Shown here one piece after another: positions 6,703-13,797 of a stretch of DNA of 15,365 nt. This DNA comes from an uncultured Deinococcales bacterium (lineage in GTDB: Bacteria > Deinococcota > Deinococci > Deinococcales > JAAFIG01), in the NCBI GenBank assembly GCA_964244895.1, contig CAXTKV010000038.1, forward strand, positions 16,324 through 31,688. The letters run 5' to 3'. A model generated the notes under the pieces. That model had not been told where the DNA came from. It made no database searches and worked only from the letters and a program-made list of their open reading frames with translations. Both the position numbers and the translations under genes were made by a program. The stretch's first letter is position 1. Each line of letters begins with the position of its first letter.

Positions 6703-9399
6703 ATGGACAACAGTCTGGATCAACGCAAGAACGCCCAGAACTCGAGAACCAGTCGCACGATCTACGGGGCGTTTTTACTGACCGGACTGTTCACGGTGGC
6801 GGTCGGCGCAGTCGCCCTTTTGAACGTCCGTCAGCAGTGGGAGAGCAATCAATGGGTCGACCACACCCAAGTCGTGCTCGACAACCTGGCGAGGACGCGC
6901 CAGGGCCTGGTGGATGCCGAAACCGGTCAGCGCGGCTTCATGATCACGGCTCAGGATGCGTACCTCGAGCCGTACACGAACGGCCTGAGCGCCATCCGCG
7001 AGGGGATGGCGCGGCTCAAGCAGTTGACCGTTGACAACCCCGTCCAACGAGGGCGCGTAAACGCGCTCGAGAACCTGGTTCAGGCGCGCTTGGAGCGCCT
7101 GGCCGCAACCATCAGTCTGAGGCGTCAAAAGAAGCTCGAAGCCGTCATCCAGACCATGGGTCTGGGGCGCGGCAAGTCCATCATGGATCAGATCCGCACG
7201 CTCCTGAACGATATGGAATCCACCGAACGCCAGTTGCTGGCCGAACGCAATGACCGTCAAAACAGGGATCTGACGGCGACCGTCTCGAACGTTGCGCTCG
7301 GTGTCGCGCTTTCGGTGCTGACGGCGGCGCTGGCCGTGATCCTGTTGCGCCGCGACAACAACAGGCGCTACAGGGCGGAACGCGCGCTGTCCACCAGCAA
7401 CCGGCAGCTTCGGGTCGCCAACGATCAGGTCGAAGCGCTGGCCGCGCTCGGTGACGCGCTGCAATCGGCGGGCACGGTCGAACAGGTCGCGCGCGTCACC
7501 GCCGACCGGGTCGGAAGGATGCTGGGCGTGGATTACCTGGCCTTGTCCAGAAAACGCGGCGAGATCATGCACCTCGAGAGCGTCTGGGGAACCATTCCAA
7601 ATGTGCCCCGGAAGGTGGTCGAACGCGGCATTCACCGCACTGAAGGCGGCCTGGTCTGGCGCGTGGTCGAAACCAACACCGCCGTCTACGCCGATGCTTA
7701 CCCGAAGGAACCGGGCCACCTGGAACTTGACCTGCCGGATCACGCCCTGGCCATGGAACCCGTGCGCGACTCCAACGGGCAGGTGCAGGCCATCGTGACC
7801 GCTGGGCGACCGGCGGGCCCGTGGAGCCAGGTCGAACGCACCATGCTGGCGCGCGCCGCCACGACCCTCGGGTTGGCGCTCGAACGCGCAGAGATGGCGC
7901 AGGCGCTCAACGAGATGCGCTTCCGGCGCGTGCTGGACTCGTCGCTGCTGGGTGTGAACTTCTGGGATAAAGACCGCACCATTCTGGAAGCCAACGACGC
8001 GTACCTCGAGATGGTCGGCTTTCAGCGCTCAGAACTCGAAGATGGCCTGCTCGACTGGCGCGCCATCACCGCGCCCGAAGACCTGGAACTGGACGAACTC
8101 GCCTGGGAAAGCCTGCAAGCCACCGGCAGCGCCCCCGTCTTTGAAAAGGATTACGTCCTGCGCGATGGACGCCGCGTCAGCGTGCTGCTGGGCAGCGCCA
8201 TGCTCAATGAGGAACAGCTTCAGGGCGTGTCTTTCGTGATTGACATCACCGAACAAAAACGCGCCCAGCGCGCCCAACGCGAGATCGAGGAGCGCTTCCG
8301 CACGCTGGTCGAAGCCACCTCGCAGATCGTCTGGACGACGCCCGCCTCCGGGCACTTCGAGTCCGAACAACCCGCCTGGGCTGGCTTCACCGCGCAACCC
8401 TACGAGCAATACCTGGGTACGGGCTGGCTCGAGGCGATCCACCCGGACGATCGCGCGCACACGCTCCAGGCCTGGGCGCGCGCCCTGCAGACCGGCGATG
8501 TCTATCACGTCGAACACCGGTTGCGCCGCCACGATCAGGAATACCGCGACATGGAAGTCCAGGCCGTGCCGATCATCGAACCCGACGGCACGATCCGCGA
8601 ATGGGTCGGTGTCCACACCGATATCACCGAGCGCAAACGCGCCGAACGCGCCCTGCGCGAAAGCGAAACCCGATCCCGGATGCTGGCCGAATCCCAGAAA
8701 CGTTTCGTCTCGGACGCTTCCCACGAATTGCGCGCGCCCCTGACCGCGATTCAGGGCAACCTGGAACTGTTGCGCCGTTACCCCGACATGGACGCGTCCG
8801 ACCGCCGGGAAGCTTTACTCGAAGCCGAACGCGAATCCGCCCGGCTTGGACGATTGGTGGCCGACCTGCTGGCGCTGGCGCGCGGCGATTCGGGCGCAGC
8901 CGTACCGACCGATGAAATCGAACTGCGCCCCGTATTTCTGGAAGCCTGGACCGAAGCCAAGCGCCTATCCAACGCGCACCGTTTTGAACTCGGTTCGCTC
9001 GAGAACCCGACCATCATCGGCAACCGCGACCGCCTCAAACAGCTCGCGCTGATCCTGCTGGAAAACGCCATCAAGTACACCCCGAACGGCGGCACGATTC
9101 ACCTCGAGTTGCGCCCCAGTCCCGCCGATCCGGAACTGACCGAATTGCGCGTGACCGATACCGGCCCCGGTATTTCATCCGAGGATCTGCCTCACGTTTT
9201 CGAGCGCTTTTACCGGGTTGACCGATCCCGCACGCGCGGCAACGATCCCGGCGGTACAGGGCTGGGCTTGCCGATCGCCAAATGGATCACTGAATTGCAC
9301 GGCGGCCAGATTCAGCTCGACAGCCAGGTCGGTCAGGGCACGTCTGCCGTCGTCCAATTGCCGCGCGTCCGCATCACGGCTCGCACGCCCCACGCCTGA
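6703..9399 (+). CDS. Sensor histidine kinase TM-CHASE3-TM-GAF-PAS-PAS-HisKA-HATPase, 898 aa
   Basis: CHASE3 signature WVDHTQ...LVDAETGQRGFMITAQDAYLEPY...LTVDNPVQ. GAF-like region followed by two PAS/PAC domains (EANDAYLEMVG...DITEQK and IHPDD...TDITERK). H-box SHELRAPLT, N-box LLENAIKY, DTGPGI, FERFYR and GTGLGL. Confidence 0.95.
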   Translation: MDNSLDQRKNAQNSRTSRTIYGAFLLTGLFTVAVGAVALLNVRQQWESNQWVDHTQVVLDNLARTRQGLVDAETGQRGFMITAQDAYLEPYTNGLSAIREGMARLKQLTVDNPVQRGRVNALENLVQARLERLAATISLRRQKKLEAVIQTMGLGRGKSIMDQIRTLLNDMESTERQLLAERNDRQNRDLTATVSNVALGVALSVLTAALAVILLRRDNNRRYRAERALSTSNRQLRVANDQVEALAALGDALQSAGTVEQVARVTADRVGRMLGVDYLALSRKRGEIMHLESVWGTIPNVPRKVVERGIHRTEGGLVWRVVETNTAVYADAYPKEPGHLELDLPDHALAMEPVRDSNGQVQAIVTAGRPAGPWSQVERTMLARAATTLGLALERAEMAQALNEMRFRRVLDSSLLGVNFWDKDRTILEANDAYLEMVGFQRSELEDGLLDWRAITAPEDLELDELAWESLQATGSAPVFEKDYVLRDGRRVSVLLGSAMLNEEQLQGVSFVIDITEQKRAQRAQREIEERFRTLVEATSQIVWTTPASGHFESEQPAWAGFTAQPYEQYLGTGWLEAIHPDDRAHTLQAWARALQTGDVYHVEHRLRRHDQEYRDMEVQAVPIIEPDGTIREWVGVHTDITERKRAERALRESETRSRMLAESQKRFVSDASHELRAPLTAIQGNLELLRRYPDMDASDRREALLEAERESARLGRLVADLLALARGDSGAAVPTDEIELRPVFLEAWTEAKRLSNAHRFELGSLENPTIIGNRDRLKQLALILLENAIKYTPNGGTIHLELRPSPADPELTELRVTDTGPGISSEDLPHVFERFYRVDRSRTRGNDPGGTGLGLPIAKWITELHGGQIQLDSQVGQGTSAVVQLPRVRITARTPHA

Positions 9400-9451
9400 C
9401 TGCCTGCACGCCCCACGCCTGACTGCCTGCACGCCCCATGCCTGGCTACCG
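9383..9451. repeat. 23-bp tandem repeat, three units, spanning the kinase stop codon
   Basis: GCACGCCCCACGCCTGACTGCCT at 9383-9405 and 9406-9428 (identical) and at 9429-9451 (4 mismatches). Confidence 0.9.
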
Positions 9452-9467
9452 TCCTCGCGGCATTCAA

Positions 9468-9492
9468 AGAACACCGTTCTGGACGGTGTTCT
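9468..9492. repeat. Palindromic REP/MITE-like repeat, copy 4 (collapsed short form)
   Basis: AGAACACCGT-TCTGG-ACGGTGTTCT, a perfect 10-bp stem downstream of the kinase gene. Confidence 0.85.
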
Positions 9493-9534
9493 CGAGCATC
9501 CATCCGTATTGACCGCGCCGCTGACAGCGCGTCA

Positions 9535-9562
9535 CTCAGCCAGGACTCAACTTTCCATCAGC
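9535..9562 (+). promoter_or_regulatory. 11-bp-phased TCA array, putative OmpR-family binding site D
   Basis: CTCAGCCAGGA-CTCAACTTTCC-ATCAGC, with TCA at 9536, 9547 and 9558. Same YTCAG-N6-CTCAAC-N5-ATCAGC pattern as site A. Confidence 0.55.
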
Positions 9563-9740
9563 GGCACGGGAGATCATGAGCCGGTCGCCTATCGACCTCA
9601 CGCGTCGTTACTCCCGGCACGCAACCCCCGAGCGACCGCAATACAAAGCTTTTCCAGCGCGCCAGGGACAGAACCCCGAAGTTACGTCTGGATGCACGCC
9701 TATGATCAACATACCCAAGGACACCAGAAACAGACAACCG

Positions 9741-9992
9741 ATGCAGCACCGACTGATCGTTTCCATCAACCCCATGCCGCGCGAGGCTCAGGCGGTTGAG
9801 GCGCTCATGGAACGAATCGAAAAGATGCCCGGTGTTCGCTCCATCTCGATCCACGCGCAGACAGAGATGGCTTACGTGATTTTCGACGATACGGTCGTCA
9901 GCGCCGACGCGATCATCGCCGCGATCAACGATCAGGCCGTCCACCAGCGTGAGTCCAGGAATGGCAACCACACCAAACCGCACGATGACTGA
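9741..9992 (+). CDS. Heavy-metal-associated (HMA/CopZ-like) domain protein lacking the CxxC motif, 83 aa
   Basis: IEKMPGVRSISIHAQTEMAYVIFDDTVVSADAIIAAI matches the HMA beta-beta-alpha pattern. Start uncertain (9576, 9702 or 9741). TATGAT -10-like box at 9701-9706. Confidence 0.65.
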   Translation: MQHRLIVSINPMPREAQAVEALMERIEKMPGVRSISIHAQTEMAYVIFDDTVVSADAIIAAINDQAVHQRESRNGNHTKPHDD

Positions 9993-10020
9993 ACAGCTCA
10001 CCGATTTCGTTGGGAATCGG

Positions 10021-10051
10021 AACCTCGAGAATCCGCAATTCTCGAGGTTTT
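10021..10051 (+). terminator. Hairpin between convergent genes, probable terminator
   Basis: Perfect 12-bp stem AACCTCGAGAAT-CCGCA-ATTCTCGAGGTT ending in TTTT. Each arm contains CTCGAG. Confidence 0.55.
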
Positions 10052-10071
10052 GGGTCGAATTGCAAAAAGCG

Positions 10072-10121
10072 AGAACACCGTCCAGCACGCGAGTTTTAGT
10101 ATGCGTCCGGGACGGTGTTCT
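10072..10121. repeat. Palindromic REP/MITE-like repeat, copy 5 (long form)
   Basis: AGAACACCGTCCAGCACGC-GAGTTTTAGTAT-GCGTCCGGGACGGTGTTCT, 2 nt from the aldehyde dehydrogenase stop. Confidence 0.9.
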
Positions 10122-10123
10122 TG

Positions 10124-11623
10124 TTACAACAAGTTGACCCAGACGGTCTTGACTTCCGTGTACGTATCCAGCGCGTACTTGCCCATCTCGCGCCCAATCC
10201 CGCTTTGCTTGAACCCGCCCCACGGCAGGGTCGCGTCCAGCATGCCGTACCCGTTGATCCAGATGCTGCCCGCCTTGAGCGCGTGCGCCAGACGAATGCC
10301 CTGCTTCACGTCCTTCGTCCAGATGCTGGCGGCCAAGCCGTAGCTGGAATCGTTGGCGCGCCTCACCAGGTCGTCCAGGTCGTCGTAGGGTAGCGCCGTC
10401 AGGACGGGGCCAAAGATTTCTTCTCGGGCGATCGTGTGTTCGTCCCGTCCGGCGAAGATCGTGGGTTGGACGTAGTAACCGGGCAGAGCTAGGTTCCGAA
10501 CGCCGCCCGTGACGAGTTCCGCGCCTTCCTGCACCCCTTTTTCGATGTAGCTCACGACGCGGTTCAGGTGTGCTTGGCTGACCAGCGGCCCCATCTGGGT
10601 CATCGGGTCGATGCCGACGCCCTGCACGATCTGTGCGGCCCTGCTTGCCAGGTTCTGCACGATCTCGTCGAAGTTCTGGCGCGGCACGAACAACCGCGAT
10701 CCGGCGGCGCAGGCTTCGCCCTGGTTGAAGAAGATCGCGCTCATGCTGCCGCCCAGCGCGGCGTCCAGGTCGGCGTCCGGCAGGATGATGTTCGGGCTTT
10801 TGCCGCCCAGTTCCAGCGTCACGCGTTTGAAATCTCGGGCGCTCGAGGTCAATATCTCGCGTCCGACGCGGGTGGAACCGGTGAAGCTGATCTTGTCCAC
10901 GCCCGCGTGACTGATCAGCGCCGCGCCCACGTCCGCGCCGAAACCGGGCAAAACATTGACGACACCGGGCGGGAATCCGGCTTCCAGGATCAGCTCGCCC
11001 AGCCGCAGCGCGGTCAACGGCGTGATCTCGGAGGGTTTCAGGATGACGGTGTTGCCGCAGGCCAGCGCGGGCGCGAGTTTCCAGCTCGCAATCGCCAGCG
11101 GGAAATTCCACGGCACGATGGCGGCCACCACGCCGACGGGTTCGCGGCGGGTGTAGGCCAGCGCCTCGCCGGGCAGGGATGGCGTCAGGGTTTCACCGTT
11201 GATCTTGGTGGCCCAGCCCGCGAAGTACCGGAAGTGATCGGAGGCCACGGGTACGTCGAAGACCAGCGTCTCGAGGATCGGTTTGCCCGTGTCCAGACTC
11301 TCGAGTTGCTGGAATTCCGTGGCGTGTTCGTCGATCAAGTCTGCCAGCTTCCACAGCAAGCGTCCGCGCTCGGCGGGCGTGGTCTGCGCCCAGGATGTCT
11401 CGAGGGCGCGACGGGCGGCGGCGACGGCTTTTTCGGCGTCCTGCGCGCCCGCTTCCGCCACGGTCGCCAGCGCGTCGCCCGTGGCGGGATCGATCACGTC
11501 GAAGGTCTTGCCGCTCGCACTTTCACACCACTTGTTGCCGATCAGGAGTTTCTTGGTGCCCGCCAGCCAGGTTTTGACTTCCGGCGCGATGAACTCCGAT
11601 TCGAGCGTCTGCGTTTTTGCCAT
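10124..11623 (-). CDS. NAD(P)+-dependent aldehyde dehydrogenase (ALDH superfamily), 499 aa
   Basis: Motifs IVPWNFP, LKPSE, FTGSTRVG, LELGGKSP, catalytic Cys in FNQGEAC, EEIFGPV and PWGGFKQSGIGRE. Confidence 0.97.
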   Translation of the reverse strand: MAKTQTLESEFIAPEVKTWLAGTKKLLIGNKWCESASGKTFDVIDPATGDALATVAEAGAQDAEKAVAAARRALETSWAQTTPAERGRLLWKLADLIDEHATEFQQLESLDTGKPILETLVFDVPVASDHFRYFAGWATKINGETLTPSLPGEALAYTRREPVGVVAAIVPWNFPLAIASWKLAPALACGNTVILKPSEITPLTALRLGELILEAGFPPGVVNVLPGFGADVGAALISHAGVDKISFTGSTRVGREILTSSARDFKRVTLELGGKSPNIILPDADLDAALGGSMSAIFFNQGEACAAGSRLFVPRQNFDEIVQNLASRAAQIVQGVGIDPMTQMGPLVSQAHLNRVVSYIEKGVQEGAELVTGGVRNLALPGYYVQPTIFAGRDEHTIAREEIFGPVLTALPYDDLDDLVRRANDSSYGLAASIWTKDVKQGIRLAHALKAGSIWINGYGMLDATLPWGGFKQSGIGREMGKYALDTYTEVKTVWVNLL

Positions 11624-11629
11624 GCGTTC

Positions 11630-11635
11630 AGTCTA
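11630..11635 (-). promoter_or_regulatory. -10 box TAGACT for leaderless transcription of the aldehyde dehydrogenase gene
   Basis: Minus strand TAGACT-GAACGC-ATG, 6-nt spacing, with no Shine-Dalgarno sequence. Confidence 0.65.
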
Positions 11636-11652
11636 CGCGAGCCGCGCACCGC

Positions 11653-11700
11653 GAACACCGTCCAGCACGCGAATCCCAATATGCGTGCTGGACGGTGTTC
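11653..11700. repeat. Palindromic REP/MITE-like repeat, copy 6 (long form, perfect arms)
   Basis: GAACACCGTCCAGCACGC-GAATCCCAATAT-GCGTGCTGGACGGTGTTC, perfect 18-bp arms with a 12-nt loop, between the MFS stop and the ALDH start. Confidence 0.92.
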
Positions 11701-11711
11701 TCGAGGTTTGC

Positions 11712-13160
11712 TCAGTCGCTGGCTTCCGCCCGCGCCGCGACCGGCACGCGCCGCGCTTCGGTCGGCGTCAGGAGCGCCACGATCACGGCGATCGCGCTCA
11801 ATGCGGCCAACGTCCAGCAGGCGGCGCGCAATCCGGTGATGAACGGTTCCAGGGTCGCGTCCGGCAAACTCGAGGCCAGGCCGGAGAAGACCTTGAACAT
11901 CACGTCTTTGGGCAAGTTAGCGGACACCACGCTGAGCGTGTAGATGATCGAGAGCGTGCCACCGACGCTGATCAACAGCGTGCGCACGCCGGAGGCGATG
12001 CCGCGACGGTCGGCGGCCACGCTGCCCATGATCGCGCTCGAGTTGGGCGAGTTGAACAACCCCGATCCCACGCCCGTCAGCACCATCAGCGCACCGATCC
12101 CCAGGTACGGCGTTTTCAGGCCCAGCGTCAGCGCGAATCCAGCGAAGCCCAGCGCAGTCAGCAGCAAGCCGATCCAGGTCAATTCCTTGGAACCGCGTCT
12201 GTCCGCCAGCCGCCCGGCCACTGGCGAAGCGATCAGCAGCCCGAGCGCGATCGGGCCGAGCAGCACGCCCGCGATGACCGGGTCGAGCCCTCGAGCGCCC
12301 TGAAAGTAGAACACGAACAAGAACGTCAACGATTGCCGCGCGACCGCGTTCAGGAACGCCACCAGGTTCCCCAGCCCGAAGCGCAAATCCTTGAACATGC
12401 TCAAGTCCAGCATCGGTTTGGGCACGCGCGTCTCGAGGAAAAAGAATACGGCCAGCCCGAGCGCGCCCACCACCATGTACGGTACGGCGCTCGACCAGGA
12501 TTCGATGCTGCCCAACGACAGCCCAACCATCAAGAGGCCCAGCCCGGCGGCGTAACTCAGGTTGCCCCAGACATCCACCGGGTCGCGCCTGTCGGACACG
12601 CCAGTATCGCGCAGGTTCAGGTACGCCCAGACCGTGCCGATCACACCCAACGGCACGTTGAACCAGAAGACCCAGCGCCAGCCGAGCGTGGTCAACCAGC
12701 CGCCCAGGATCGGCCCGAGGATCGCGCCCAGGGCGATCAGCATCTGGTTGGTGCCGATGGCCAGACCCAGTTCCGTTCTGGGAAAGGCGTCCGTGACGAT
12801 GGCCGAAGAGTTGGCGATCATGAATCCGCCGCCGATGCCCTGCAGGATGCGGAAGCCGATCAGGGCTTCGGCGCTGTTGCCGAAGCCCGCCAGCAACGAC
12901 GACAGCGTGAAGACCGCGAAGCCCAGCACGTACAGGTTCTTGCGTCCGACCATGTCCGAAAGCCGCCCGACGTTCAGCACCAGCACCGTCTGCGTCAGGT
13001 TGTAGGCCAGGAGAATCCAGATCAGGCTGAGTAAGGTCGTGTGCAGTTCGCGCAGCAGCGTCGGCAGCGCGATGATCAGCGTGCCGGAGTTCATGGACGC
13101 CAGGAGCGCCCCCAGGCTGGTGACGGACAGCGCCAGCCACTTGTATGGGATGCGTTTCAC
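11712..13160 (-). CDS. MFS drug:H+ antiporter DHA2 (EmrB/QacA-like) transporter, 482 aa
   Basis: Motif A GRLSDMVGRK, RILQGIGGG, LGPILGGWLT, WRWVFWFNVPLG, PMLDLSMFK and GRLADRRGSK. The GTG at 13160 overlaps the MarR TGA (GTGA) and has a GAGGT RBS. Confidence 0.93.
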   Translation of the reverse strand: MKRIPYKWLALSVTSLGALLASMNSGTLIIALPTLLRELHTTLLSLIWILLAYNLTQTVLVLNVGRLSDMVGRKNLYVLGFAVFTLSSLLAGFGNSAEALIGFRILQGIGGGFMIANSSAIVTDAFPRTELGLAIGTNQMLIALGAILGPILGGWLTTLGWRWVFWFNVPLGVIGTVWAYLNLRDTGVSDRRDPVDVWGNLSYAAGLGLLMVGLSLGSIESWSSAVPYMVVGALGLAVFFFLETRVPKPMLDLSMFKDLRFGLGNLVAFLNAVARQSLTFLFVFYFQGARGLDPVIAGVLLGPIALGLLIASPVAGRLADRRGSKELTWIGLLLTALGFAGFALTLGLKTPYLGIGALMVLTGVGSGLFNSPNSSAIMGSVAADRRGIASGVRTLLISVGGTLSIIYTLSVVSANLPKDVMFKVFSGLASSLPDATLEPFITGLRAACWTLAALSAIAVIVALLTPTEARRVPVAARAEASD

Positions 13161-13600
13161 GCCGCCACCTCGATCTCGAGCCCGTTCAGGAGCTTGTGGA
13201 GGCTCGATTGCAGACCCTGCAACTCCGTGGCGGAAAGCGGCGTGAAGAGCGCCCGGACGTAGGCCCGCACTTCCATCATCGCGCCCTCGATGTGCTGGTG
13301 CCCGGTGGCGGTCAGGCTCAGGTTGACGTTGCGGCGGTCGTCGCCGCGTTGCCGCTCGAGCCATCCGGCGCTCTCCAGCCGATCCACCACGCCCGTCAGG
13401 TTGCTGAGCGTCACGCCCAGCTTGGCGGCCAGCGTGGTGATGGTTTGCGGGCCGTCGGTGGACAGGTGGCGCAGCATCAGGTATTGCGCCGATGTCAGCT
13501 CGAGTGAGGTGAGTTTTTGCTGGATTTGCCTGGAAAGTACGTTGTGCACCTGCTTGAGGCTCATCCAGACATCCACTTCCAATGGCGGCAAAGGATTCAT
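13157..13600 (-). CDS. MarR family transcriptional regulator, 147 aa
   Basis: ELTSAQYLMLRHL, TITTLAAKLGVTLSNLTGVVDRLESAGWLER and DDRRNVNLSLTATG. Confidence 0.95.
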   Translation of the reverse strand: MNPLPPLEVDVWMSLKQVHNVLSRQIQQKLTSLELTSAQYLMLRHLSTDGPQTITTLAAKLGVTLSNLTGVVDRLESAGWLERQRGDDRRNVNLSLTATGHQHIEGAMMEVRAYVRALFTPLSATELQGLQSSLHKLLNGLEIEVAA

Positions 13601-13603
13601 ACC

Positions 13604-13622
13604 TTGAGAGTGTAAACCTCAA
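13604..13622 (-). promoter_or_regulatory. MarR promoter -10 (TACACT) inside a TTGAG-N9-CTCAA inverted repeat, putative auto-operator
   Basis: TTGAG (13604-13608) and CTCAA (13618-13622). Minus-strand TACACT at 13614-13609, 8 nt before the ATG, with no SD. Confidence 0.55.
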
Positions 13623-13730
13623 TGGTTAAAGCCTGTAGTAATTCCTTGAGTAACACCCGACGCCAGCCCGAAAGCCCGAGCCAGCCCACCCTCGAGTTCT
13701 TTCTCGCTCAGACGAAAGAGAAAAAGGCGG

Positions 13731-13778
13731 GAAGACCGTCCAGCACGCACCGTTGATATCGCGTGCTGGACGGCCTTC
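13731..13778. repeat. Palindromic REP/MITE-like repeat, copy 7 (long form)
   Basis: GAAGACCGTCCAGCACGC-ACCGTTGATATC-GCGTGCTGGACGGCCTTC, 18-bp arms with one mismatch and a 12-nt loop, 19 nt after the P450 stop. Confidence 0.9.
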
Positions 13779-13797
13779 TCGGGGCTGAACCTTGAAA

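Noticed and set aside
9558..13034. Long ORFs 9558-11111 (-), 10568-11839 (+) and 11283-13034 (+)
   Set aside because: Alternative-frame or antisense shadows of the ALDH and MFS genes, with Arg/Ala/Gly-rich sequence and no domain signatures.
13161..13622. N-terminal 154-aa extension of the 636-aa MFS ORF, suggesting a fusion
   Set aside because: It overlaps the real MarR gene in another frame. The MFS start is the GTG at 13160, coupled to the MarR stop and preceded by an RBS.
2342..13778. REP-like hairpins as integron attC sites or CRISPR repeats
   Set aside because: The arms contain AAC...GTT but not RYYYAAC/GTTRRRY boxes or the extrahelical bases of attC. Copies are dispersed between multi-gene units on both strands, no integrase or cas gene is present, and there is no regular repeat-spacer array.
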